From IMG/VR virus record IMGVR_UViG_3300045391_005708, positions 16,759 through 80,758 of that record: a stretch of DNA of 64,000 bases. One strand, written 5' to 3'. Position numbers and translations under genes: made by a program. This document shows, in pieces, positions 16,498-24,614 of this stretch. This stretch comes from a virus. Its lineage: Duplodnaviria > Caudoviricetes. Every line of letters begins with the position of its first letter. The first letter of the stretch is position 1. The notes below the pieces were generated by a model. That model was not told the origin of the DNA and did no database searches. It worked only from the letters and a program-made list of their open reading frames with translations.

Positions 16498-18018
16498 CTA
16501 TTCTACCGGCACGGCGCGGTCGTCGCGGCCCACGCGGACCGTCCTGTCGGCCCCCAGGACGGCCACCAGGCGGGCCGCGGCGGGCTCGGTGGACCCCGGG
16601 GCCACGGTCCTGTCGTCCGGCCCCACGCGGACCACCCTGGGGCCGACCAGGGGCGTCACCACGCGGCCCGGCGGGGTGACCGGGGCCACGGTCCCGGCGG
16701 TGTCCAGGGCGGGGGCGCTGTCGGCCTGGTGGCGCGTCAGGGCCAGCAGGCGGGCCAGCAGGTCGGTCCCCCCGGCCGCGTCCACCTGCGCCCTGGCCCG
16801 GGCGGCCGCCCAGGCGGCCGAGTCCGCGGCGGGCGCGGCGTCGCCGGACGCCCGCGACCGGCCGACCGCCCTGGCCCCGGAGTCGGCCGCGGGGGCGCTC
16901 TCCGCGGCCGACCTGGCCCTGGCCGTGCCCCGGGCCTGGCCGTCCGCCGCTGGGGCGCCGTCGGCCGTGCCCCGGGCCTTGGCCGCCTGCCTGGCGGTGG
17001 AGTCGCTGGCCGGGGCGCTGTCGGACGTGCTCCGGGAGAGCACGTGCCCCGTGCTGGACGCGTCGCTGTCCGCCGCGGGGGCGCTGTCGGAGGCGGACCT
17101 GGCGAGGGACTGCGCGCCCCTGGCGGCCACGTCGGACGCGGGGGCGCTGTCGGACAGGGGCCGCGGGTGGGCGGCGCTCCGGGCGGAGGCGTCCGCGCCG
17201 CCGGACGCGTCGCTCCCCAGGCGGCCGAGGCCCTTGACCCAGGTGGGCGAGGTCTCGGTGGCGGGCGCGCTGTCGGACTGCGCGCGGGCCTTGGCGGCCT
17301 GCCTGGCGGGGGAGTCCGCCGCCGGGGCGGACTCGGACGTGCTCCTGGCGAGCGGCTGGGCGGCCCTGGCCGTCGCGTCGAACGCGGGGGCGCCGTCGGA
17401 CTGCAGCCTGCCTTGGCCCTTGAGGTACGCGTTCGAGTCCGCCGCCGGGGCGCTCTCGCTCCCCGGCCTCGGGTGGCCCGCGGCCCGGGCGTCGGCGTCG
17501 GACGCCGGGGCGCTGTCGGCCGCCGACCTGGACCGGCTGCCCGCGGCCGCGGTGCCGTCGGCCGCCGGGGCGCTGTCGGAGGCCGACCTGGCGAGGGCCT
17601 GCGCGGCCCGCGCGGTCGCGTCGGAGGCCGGGGCGCTGTCGGACTGCGACCGCCCGACGCCCCGCTGGTACGCGAGGGCGTCGGAGGCGGGCGCGCTGTC
17701 CGACCCCGCCCGTGGGTGCCCGGCCGCCCTGGCCTGGCTGTCGGACGCGGGCGCGCTGTCGGACTGGCTTCTGGCGAGGGGCTGGGCGGCCCGCGCCGTC
17801 GCGTCGGAGGCGGGCGCGCTGTCGCCCTCCGCCCTCGGGTGCCCGGCCGCGCGGGCGTCGGCGTCGGAGGCCGGGGCGCCGTCGGAGGTCGCTCTGGCGA
17901 GGGCCTGGGCCAGCCTGGCCACGGCGTCCGAGGCCCCCGCCGAGTCGGACGTGCCCCTGGACAGGCTGGTCCCTCCCGCGACGCGCGGCGGGTTCCCGGC
18001 GGAGTAGAGGTACGACAT
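16498..18018 (-). CDS. Ser/Ala-rich tandem-repeat virion protein
   Basis: About 21 repeats of 20-22 aa (SDSAPASDA.ARAA...R), C-terminal RVVRVGPDDRTV motif twice. Confidence 0.8.
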   Translation of the reverse strand: MSYLYSAGNPPRVAGGTSLSRGTSDSAGASDAVARLAQALARATSDGAPASDADARAAGHPRAEGDSAPASDATARAAQPLARSQSDSAPASDSQARAAGHPRAGSDSAPASDALAYQRGVGRSQSDSAPASDATARAAQALARSASDSAPAADGTAAAGSRSRSAADSAPASDADARAAGHPRPGSESAPAADSNAYLKGQGRLQSDGAPAFDATARAAQPLARSTSESAPAADSPARQAAKARAQSDSAPATETSPTWVKGLGRLGSDASGGADASARSAAHPRPLSDSAPASDVAARGAQSLARSASDSAPAADSDASSTGHVLSRSTSDSAPASDSTARQAAKARGTADGAPAADGQARGTARARSAAESAPAADSGARAVGRSRASGDAAPAADSAAWAAARARAQVDAAGGTDLLARLLALTRHQADSAPALDTAGTVAPVTPPGRVVTPLVGPRVVRVGPDDRTVAPGSTEPAAARLVAVLGADRTVRVGRDDRAVPVE

Positions 18019-18024
18019 CGGCCT

Positions 18025-18357
18025 TTAGTCCAGGCTCTGGACGGCCCAGTCGAGGTTCCGCGTCGACCCGGCGGTCTGCTTGATCTGGAACTGCACCCCC
18101 TGGGCCGACGCGATCGGGATGCTCAGGAAGTACGGGTCGGACTGCGGCCCCGCGAACGTGAGGCTGTAGACGTTCTTGAACGAGGAGGTCGAGAGCACCT
18201 TGCTCTGGAGGAACACGTCGAGCACGTCGCCCGCCGCCAGGTTGGTCAGGTCGAGGTAGAGGACGTACGTCTTCCCGGTCGCCGTCGGGGTGGCGAGGGT
18301 GTGGGTGGTCCCGACCGTGGTGGTCTGCGTGCCGGAGTTGGTCTGGGCTACGGTCAT
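18025..18357 (-). CDS. hypothetical virion protein (110 aa, beta-rich)
   Basis: In structural operon, RBS present. Confidence 0.7.
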   Translation of the reverse strand: MTVAQTNSGTQTTTVGTTHTLATPTATGKTYVLYLDLTNLAAGDVLDVFLQSKVLSTSSFKNVYSLTFAGPQSDPYFLSIPIASAQGVQFQIKQTAGSTRNLDWAVQSLD

Positions 18358-18367
18358 CCTGGGCTCC

Positions 18368-19168
18368 TCATGCGAAGGCGTACGCGGCGACCTGCGGGAC
18401 GGACGCAGCGGCGGTGGAGGTCGAGTCGAACCGGGCCGCGATCCTGGTCCCGGCGGGGAGGTTGCAGGGCACGGGGAACATGCACGGGTTGATGTTCTCC
18501 GTGCCCAACTGCTCCCACCGGGCGTTCGCGACGAGGGGCTGCTCCTGGCCCGACGGGCCGTAGCCGATGTCGACCCCGCCCTTCGCGGCGGCGATGTTGG
18601 AGCCGAGGGTCCCCATCGCCCAGCAGATGACCGAGGTGTCCCTCGTCAGCCCGGCGGACAACTGCACCCACCCGGTCTTGGTCCCGGCCACGGAGGGCGT
18701 CGGCAGGGTCGTGCCGCCCGAGGTCGCGGTGCTCACGCCCAGGGCCTCGCACCACTGGCAGGCGTCGGCCTGGACCGCGCACGGCAGGAGGTTCACCTTG
18801 ACGGGGAACGCCTTCGAGGCGACCGCCGACTGGATGCGGACCGCCACCCGGCTCCCGGCCGGGACGAACATCGGGCACATGAACATGCTGCCGTGCTGCC
18901 AGGCGCCCATCACGATGTTCGGGACGACCACCTGCTCCGCCCCGGCCGCCCCGACCCCCACGTCCATGAGGGTGCCGGTGTTGGTGGCCGAGACGAACAC
19001 GTCGTCGGGCTGCACGACCAGCCACCCGGAGTCGGTCACCGTCGAGGCGAACACCTGCGACCAGGCGCCCTTGGTGTTGGCCGCGGCGTTCGCGGTGACC
19101 GTGACCGACCCCGTGGTCACCGAGTCCCCCGCCAGGTTGGCGCCGCGCTGGACGTTCTGGATCGGCAC
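18368..19168 (-). CDS. hypothetical virion protein with an internally duplicated domain
   Basis: Two halves share TK.W.Q, D.G.G..G.EQ..V.N and P...PAG.R.A.R. Confidence 0.75.
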   Translation of the reverse strand: MPIQNVQRGANLAGDSVTTGSVTVTANAAANTKGAWSQVFASTVTDSGWLVVQPDDVFVSATNTGTLMDVGVGAAGAEQVVVPNIVMGAWQHGSMFMCPMFVPAGSRVAVRIQSAVASKAFPVKVNLLPCAVQADACQWCEALGVSTATSGGTTLPTPSVAGTKTGWVQLSAGLTRDTSVICWAMGTLGSNIAAAKGGVDIGYGPSGQEQPLVANARWEQLGTENINPCMFPVPCNLPAGTRIAARFDSTSTAAASVPQVAAYAFA

Positions 19169-19181
19169 GGCGGGTCCCTCC

Positions 19182-20156
19182 TCAGTTGGCTACGGTGAAG
19201 GGTACCACCTGGACGGAGGAGTGCGTGGACAGGTTGTTGGTGCCGCCCTCGGGCTTGGTCCCGCAGTTGTTCCCCGCCGTCCCGTCGCACGGCGAGTCGG
19301 ACCGGAGGAACAACTTGTGCGGGCCGTTGGACAGGGTGGTGGTGTCGATGGTGACCGTGCCCTTGTACGGCCCCGCCCGGTCGAGCAGCACCGTCCCCTG
19401 GTCGACCGGGACCGCGTGGAAGTGCGGGTCGAGGGAGGCGAAGACGCGCGTCACGTCCGTGCCGCCCGCCCCGGGGTGGAGGTTCACGGTCGGCGTCCAC
19501 ACGCCGGAGACGGTGGCCGGGAGCGGCGACAGGAACTCGGCCTCCTCGTACAGCGACCCCTGGTACCACGACGACCCGGCTATCCGCAGCGGGCTGATCG
19601 CGTTCTTGACCGGGCGCCCGCCGCCGTTGGCGAGTTGCAGCGGCCACGCCGCGCCCGCGAACTGCTTGGTGCCGCCGTCGCCGGGGTGGGTGACGATCGC
19701 GGCGGGCCGGTAGTTCACGAACCCGTCCGTGGTGGAGACGGTGGTGTTCAGGTCGACCGGGATCGTCCACGTGCACTGGTCCGGGCTGGCCGGGCAGTGC
19801 TGGGCGGCGGTCTGGCCGACCTTGACCGAGACGACCTGGTGGTTCTGGCCGTTGCCGTCGAGGAGGTGGATCCGGACGTTCTGGAGCAGGCCGGGGTTCT
19901 CGTGGAGTTGGACCACGAAGTCGAAGTGGACCGTCCCGCCCACCGGCTGGCCGAGCGGGAAGCAGATGCCCATGTGGACGTGGCCGAAGTCCTCGGTGCC
20001 GGAGACGGTGGGGCGCCACCAGTCCTGCGCCTCCAGGAACACGCGCGGCTGGGCGTAGCCCGCGCACGTGAGAGGGTCCGGGGCCGCCTGGGCCGGGACC
20101 GGGATCGCGAGGACCCCGGCCAGCAGGGCGAGGGCGGCGAGGGCGCGCCGGTTCAC
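19182..20156 (-). CDS. secreted protein with Sec signal peptide and C-terminal Ig-like motif
   Basis: GTG 20156 (GTGA overlap); NRRALAALALLAGVLAIPVPAQA|AP; VTIDTTTLSNGPHKLFL. Confidence 0.75.
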   Translation of the reverse strand: MNRRALAALALLAGVLAIPVPAQAAPDPLTCAGYAQPRVFLEAQDWWRPTVSGTEDFGHVHMGICFPLGQPVGGTVHFDFVVQLHENPGLLQNVRIHLLDGNGQNHQVVSVKVGQTAAQHCPASPDQCTWTIPVDLNTTVSTTDGFVNYRPAAIVTHPGDGGTKQFAGAAWPLQLANGGGRPVKNAISPLRIAGSSWYQGSLYEEAEFLSPLPATVSGVWTPTVNLHPGAGGTDVTRVFASLDPHFHAVPVDQGTVLLDRAGPYKGTVTIDTTTLSNGPHKLFLRSDSPCDGTAGNNCGTKPEGGTNNLSTHSSVQVVPFTVAN

Positions 20157-21061
20157 ATCGTCACCGTGTCGGTCAGCGTCAAGTTGTCGCCGGACGCCGA
20201 GAGGGTGGCGGTCGGGCTGACCAGGGTCTCGAAGACCATGTTGCCCACCGAGGCCGCGTCGAAGATCCCGCGCTTGCCGATGGTCACGGGCAGGCTGTCG
20301 GAGCCGTTGGCGGTGAAGACGGTCGTGATGGTGTACGAGGCCGCGCCGGTCGTGTGAGCCGGGGTGCCCGCCTTGCGGACCAGGCCGCCGCCGCCTGTGA
20401 CGATCTCGCCGGTCAGGGTGGTGTCTCCCGCGGCCGGGGCGGTGACGTTGGCCGTGAGGGCGACCCACTTGCCGACCGCCGTCGCGCTGGCGGACCCCGC
20501 CATCTGGTTGTACTGGAAGTCGTTGCCCGCGTTGGTCTTCAGGAGCAGCATCGCCAGTCGGCAGAGGGCCGGGACCAGGAGCATGAAGGCCAGGAGGGTC
20601 GGGAGGAACGTCGCGGGGTTGTCCGAGCCGCCGCCGCCGCCGCCGCCGCCGCCCTTGGCCTCCTCGGGCCGGTACCCGTAGTGGGCCTCCTTGGGCCACT
20701 CGACCGCGGGGTGCCCCTCGGGCTCCTCCAGGTCGCGGACCTCGATGCCGCCGAACGCCTCGGCCAGGACCGCGGCCAGGGCCTCGGAGTCGCTGGCCAC
20801 CCAGGCGGGCTTGGCCGTCTTGTGGATCGCCTCGCGGACGACGGTGCTGCCGTCCGGCGCCACCTGCTCGCCCTCCACGCCGACCGCGTGGTAGGCCCAG
20901 ACGCCCTGGGGGTCCAGGACGGTCTTGATCATGTCGGTCAGGGGCGTGCCCGGCGGGAAGTCGACCACCGTGGCGCGCTTCCCCTTGGGCAGCGCCTCGT
21001 ACGTCGCGCCGTGGTCGACGCTGTGGATCGCGTGGCGGTTGCCCAGCACCACTCGGGTCAT
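20153..21061 (-). CDS. two-domain virion protein; C-terminal half resembles phage fibre/baseplate N-terminal modules
   Basis: TNAGNDF..WVALT...PAAGDTTLTGE...GLVRKA..RGIFDAAS.GNMVFET; poly-Gly linker. Confidence 0.65.
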   Translation of the reverse strand: MTRVVLGNRHAIHSVDHGATYEALPKGKRATVVDFPPGTPLTDMIKTVLDPQGVWAYHAVGVEGEQVAPDGSTVVREAIHKTAKPAWVASDSEALAAVLAEAFGGIEVRDLEEPEGHPAVEWPKEAHYGYRPEEAKGGGGGGGGGSDNPATFLPTLLAFMLLVPALCRLAMLLLKTNAGNDFQYNQMAGSASATAVGKWVALTANVTAPAAGDTTLTGEIVTGGGGLVRKAGTPAHTTGAASYTITTVFTANGSDSLPVTIGKRGIFDAASVGNMVFETLVSPTATLSASGDNLTLTDTVTM

Positions 21062-21138
21062 GGCTGGATCTCCTCTGTCTCGTTACTCTGTTCCAGGCCC
21101 GGGTCCCCAAGGTGGGTAGGGGACCCGGGCGAGGTCTG

Positions 21139-21831
21139 TCATGGGGCGAACGCCCGGCACCCGCACGCCGCGGCGGGCGGCGCCACCCCGGTCTGGAGGA
21201 TCAGCAGGGGCTCGGTCGGCAAGATCGCCTCGGGCAACTTGACCGCCGTCCCGGCCGCGTTGTTCCAGACGTTGTGGACGCCGAAGCCCCAGGCGTTGCC
21301 GGACACGGTGTAGGCGCCGGTCATCGAGAACGACACGGCGTTCTCGCTGTCGACCGTGAGGTCGCCCAGCACGCCCGCGTTGACGCACGGGAGGGTGAGC
21401 AGGCCGCTGGCCTCGACCCAGCCCAGGCCGGTCGGCGCCGCGCTGGCGATGCCGGTCCAGACCTCCAGGCCGAATCGGTTGGTCACGGTGCCCTCGTAGG
21501 CCGTGGCCCCGATGACGTTGCCGAGCCCGTCGCCGAACGCCGTCATGTTGGTCATGAAGGACAGCAGGTCGGGGTCGACGCCGCAGAACTCCATCTCCAG
21601 CGTGAACCGCTTGAAGGAGTCCGGCGCCTTCACGTTGACGCACAGGGCGCCCGACGCCTTCTTGACGATGACCTCGACGCCGTCCTCTACCTCGCTGGAC
21701 AGCGACAGGCTGATGAACCCGTCCGTGACGATCTCGGCGCAGGACCCACCCGTGACGGGGCGGCACAGCGAGTCCATCTGGGACACGCGGATGCGCTTGC
21801 CGAAGATCGGCGTGAAGCACTGCGTAGCCAT
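21139..21831 (-). CDS. major tail protein
   Basis: FTPIFGKRIRVSQMDSLCRP..ASGALCVNVKAPDSFKRFTLEMEFCGVDP; actinophage MTP type. Confidence 0.85.
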   Translation of the reverse strand: MATQCFTPIFGKRIRVSQMDSLCRPVTGGSCAEIVTDGFISLSLSSEVEDGVEVIVKKASGALCVNVKAPDSFKRFTLEMEFCGVDPDLLSFMTNMTAFGDGLGNVIGATAYEGTVTNRFGLEVWTGIASAAPTGLGWVEASGLLTLPCVNAGVLGDLTVDSENAVSFSMTGAYTVSGNAWGFGVHNVWNNAAGTAVKLPEAILPTEPLLILQTGVAPPAAACGCRAFAP

Positions 21832-21850
21832 TCCTACTTCCTCTCCTCGG

Positions 21851-22678
21851 TCATGCGATCTTCATCCTGACGGCCGCGACCCCACACGGGTCGAAGGCGA
21901 CCACGTAGTCGCGGTTCGCGACTGCGTACAGGTCGTTGTGGCTGTAGTCGAAGCCCCCGGCGGAGACCTCGTTCTGCGCCGACCCGGTGTAGACCTCGCC
22001 CCGGTAGCCGAACATGGCCGGGGACGCGAAGGCCCACGTCTCGCCCGGGGTCGGCTGGGCGCCGCCCGGCGAGGTCTTGGGGTAGCCGCCGCCCGCCGAG
22101 ACGGGGGTGCCGATGTTGGTGAACAGGCGCGCGCCCCTGGCCTCGATCGCCCCGTTGGAGGACGAGAGGCTGGCCGCGCCGCGGTCCAGGTGGAGGACGC
22201 CGAGGCTGCCGTAGTTCCGGCCGAGCCAGTCCTCCAGGGCGGCCAGCGCGTAGGCCGGGGCCAGGGAACCCGACGCGGGGGTGATGTCGGTCGCCTGGGC
22301 GGCCATGCGCTGCCAGGCCATGTACTCCGCCTGGCCCTGCTCGCGGCCGAGCAGGTGGGCGACGGCCCTCTCCTGGCCCATCGCCAGGCGCTGCCCGCCC
22401 GCGGGGGTGCCGCAGCGGTACGCGCCCTGGACCGTGAACCGCTCCGCCGAGCCGGTGCCCGGGGGAGCGGCGTACTTCTGCTGGAAGCCCTGCATCTTGA
22501 CGCAGTCGGGGTCGTCGATCGCCGAGGCGGGCTGGCACGTGACCGGCTCCCACTCGACCCCGTTCGCCCAGTGCGGGTCGGTGCTGTCCCGCCAGTCGAC
22601 CACGGTGAACAGCCCGAAGGGGAGGGGCTGGCGCGGCGCGCCCTCGACCACCAACGGGGGCCCGTACCCACCTGCCAT
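21851..22678 (-). CDS. second capsid protein (putative pentamer-type, as in cluster-B-like actinophages)
   Basis: PLPFGLFTVV..PHWANGVEWEP.TC; directly downstream of major capsid. Confidence 0.65.
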   Translation of the reverse strand: MAGGYGPPLVVEGAPRQPLPFGLFTVVDWRDSTDPHWANGVEWEPVTCQPASAIDDPDCVKMQGFQQKYAAPPGTGSAERFTVQGAYRCGTPAGGQRLAMGQERAVAHLLGREQGQAEYMAWQRMAAQATDITPASGSLAPAYALAALEDWLGRNYGSLGVLHLDRGAASLSSSNGAIEARGARLFTNIGTPVSAGGGYPKTSPGGAQPTPGETWAFASPAMFGYRGEVYTGSAQNEVSAGGFDYSHNDLYAVANRDYVVAFDPCGVAAVRMKIA

Positions 22679-22769
22679 GTCCTCTGCCCTCTCGCTCTCT
22701 AGTGCCTTGGTCGGCGTGCCCCGGGGCGGGGGCGGGAAGGCTCACACCCTCCCCGCCCCGGGGTCCGGC

Positions 22770-24533
22770 TCAGGAACCGGCGCCGGTCGCGGTGCCGTTC
22801 CGGAGGATGTCGACGCCGATGTGCGTCGAGCCGTCCGGGTTGAGGCCCACGTTGACGACACGGGAGTCGTTCATCCGCTTGGCCACGAGGAACGGGTCCT
22901 CGGTGAACAGCGCGGTGAAGTCGTTCGTGCCGAGGAGGACCGAGTCGTAGATGTTCTCGAACATGATGCTGTCCGTGACACCCTGGACGAAGGTCCCGGC
23001 CGCGTAGAGCAGGAAGGACACGCCGGTCGGCGCGGCGGTGAAGCCGGACGCCGGGGTGGTGGCGATGTCCTGCCAGTCGACCACGTACTGCGGGTTGACG
23101 TTGCGCTGGGCGAACCAGCCGCTGATGCGGGCGTCGGACACGTCGAGGAGGTCGACGCCGGACCGGCGGGCGAGGTCCATGCGGAGGACGCCCTTCACCC
23201 AGTTCGGCAGCACGATCTCCAGCGTCTTGTCGTCCGCGGTGCGGTTGATCGCCCGGTAGTGCATGGCCTGCAGGTCGATTGCGCTGAGGAGCGGCGCGAC
23301 GGCCCCGGCCTGGGCGGCGGGCATGGTCACGGCGGTGGACTGGGTGACCATGCTGTTGATCACCGACGCGCTCTTGCGGTGCGCGTGGGCGTTCAGCGTC
23401 TTGGCCACGTAGTCCTCGATGACCTCCGGGTAGCCCCTCTGCTGGAGCAGGCCCGCGCCGATCGCGACGCCGCAGTAGCCCAGCCGGACCTCCTGGAAGC
23501 CCGGGCAGGGGACGCGGGTCACGGGCTTGGTGCCGCCGCCCGCGCCGTTGTAGTTGCCCGCCTGGTCCTGGGCCTCGGTGTAGCAGAAGCCGGTCGAGGC
23601 GAAGACCGCCGAGTAGTCCGGGCCGATGGTGAACCGGATGCCGCCGCGGTTGATCTGGATCTCGGGGATCGAGACCAGGTTCTCCGCCTCGGTGATGTTC
23701 ACCAGGTCGTACACGGTCTGGGACGGGGCGCACCAGCCGCCGGAGGCCACGAGGCTCCCGCCGGGCAGGTTCCTCTCGTCCGTCGCGTACTTCATGGCGT
23801 CGGCCGGGTCCTCGTCCTTGACGACGGCGCGCTCGTCGAACTCGCGCGGGATGCGGGCGATGGTGAACCGCTCCGACTCCCGCACGCCGCGGGCGCGGGC
23901 GCCCTCGTACGAGGAGGCGTTGAAGCCGTTCAGGCGGCTGTTGATCGCCTTGGCCATGTCCATCGTCGTCATCTTGTCGCCGACGTTGTAGCCCATCGCG
24001 CCCTGGGCCGCGAGGGCGACCGACGTGGGCCTGTCGCCCTCGTCCTCCGCCTCCGGCGCGGGGCGCTGGCTGGCCAGCGCGCCCAGGTCGATCTGGATCG
24101 GCGCGCGCCGCTTCGACAGCGAGGACGTGTCCGCCGCGTCGGCGTCGCCGCCCTCCTTGTCGGGCTCCACGCCCTCGGCCTGGGGCTCGTCGCCGTCCGG
24201 CTCCGAGTCGGCGCCGTCGCCGTCGCCGGTCGGGTCGTCCTCGGTCCCGGTCTGGGCCGAGAGCACCTTGTCGGCGATCTCCTTGGCGCGGTTGCTGCGG
24301 GACAGGGCGGCCGCGTCGCGGTTCCCGGCCTCGCCGCGGAGGGCGTCGATCCCCTCCGCCAGGGCGGCCATCGCGTCCAGGGCCTCGTCGGACGGCGCGG
24401 AGCCGTCCTCCGGCTGCATCGCCTGGAAGGCGGTGACGGCCTGGTCGTGGAGGGCCTGCAGGTCCTCGTCGGAGAGCCCGGTCAGGTCCTCCGGGATCTC
24501 GATCTTGTTGTCCTTGGTCTGCGAGCGAGGCAT
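22770..24533 (-). CDS. major capsid protein (hexamer type) with N-terminal scaffold region
   Basis: 587 aa; acidic helical N-terminus; SLVASGGWCAPSQTVYDL, RGGIRF, FTEDPFLVAKR. Confidence 0.9.
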   Translation of the reverse strand: MPRSQTKDNKIEIPEDLTGLSDEDLQALHDQAVTAFQAMQPEDGSAPSDEALDAMAALAEGIDALRGEAGNRDAAALSRSNRAKEIADKVLSAQTGTEDDPTGDGDGADSEPDGDEPQAEGVEPDKEGGDADAADTSSLSKRRAPIQIDLGALASQRPAPEAEDEGDRPTSVALAAQGAMGYNVGDKMTTMDMAKAINSRLNGFNASSYEGARARGVRESERFTIARIPREFDERAVVKDEDPADAMKYATDERNLPGGSLVASGGWCAPSQTVYDLVNITEAENLVSIPEIQINRGGIRFTIGPDYSAVFASTGFCYTEAQDQAGNYNGAGGGTKPVTRVPCPGFQEVRLGYCGVAIGAGLLQQRGYPEVIEDYVAKTLNAHAHRKSASVINSMVTQSTAVTMPAAQAGAVAPLLSAIDLQAMHYRAINRTADDKTLEIVLPNWVKGVLRMDLARRSGVDLLDVSDARISGWFAQRNVNPQYVVDWQDIATTPASGFTAAPTGVSFLLYAAGTFVQGVTDSIMFENIYDSVLLGTNDFTALFTEDPFLVAKRMNDSRVVNVGLNPDGSTHIGVDILRNGTATGAGS

Positions 24534-24568
24534 CGCTGGTGTCCTCTCGAAGTCAGCCTCACGTGGCA

Positions 24569-24614
24569 GCCCGGCACATACACCAGCGGCTCTGTCTGTT
24601 CCGTATCATACCCC
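24569..24614 (-). promoter_or_regulatory. late promoter and conserved 23-bp leader upstream of major capsid
   Basis: GGGG-TATGAT (24605-24614) then AGCCGCTGGTGTATGTGCCGGGC (24569-24591), identical to 28210-28232. Confidence 0.7.

Noticed and set aside
4819-18007. Long plus-strand ORFs (4819-8049, 8733-13190, 14777-18007)
   Set aside because: Mirror frames of tail genes; low-complexity Arg/Gly/Ala/Val translations.
16498-18018. Regular ~60-66 bp repeats as a possible CRISPR array
   Set aside because: Repeats are degenerate, in frame and protein-coding; no unique spacers or cas genes.
20627-20653. GCC run as a phase-variation switch
   Set aside because: Triplet unit keeps the frame, so slippage only changes linker length.
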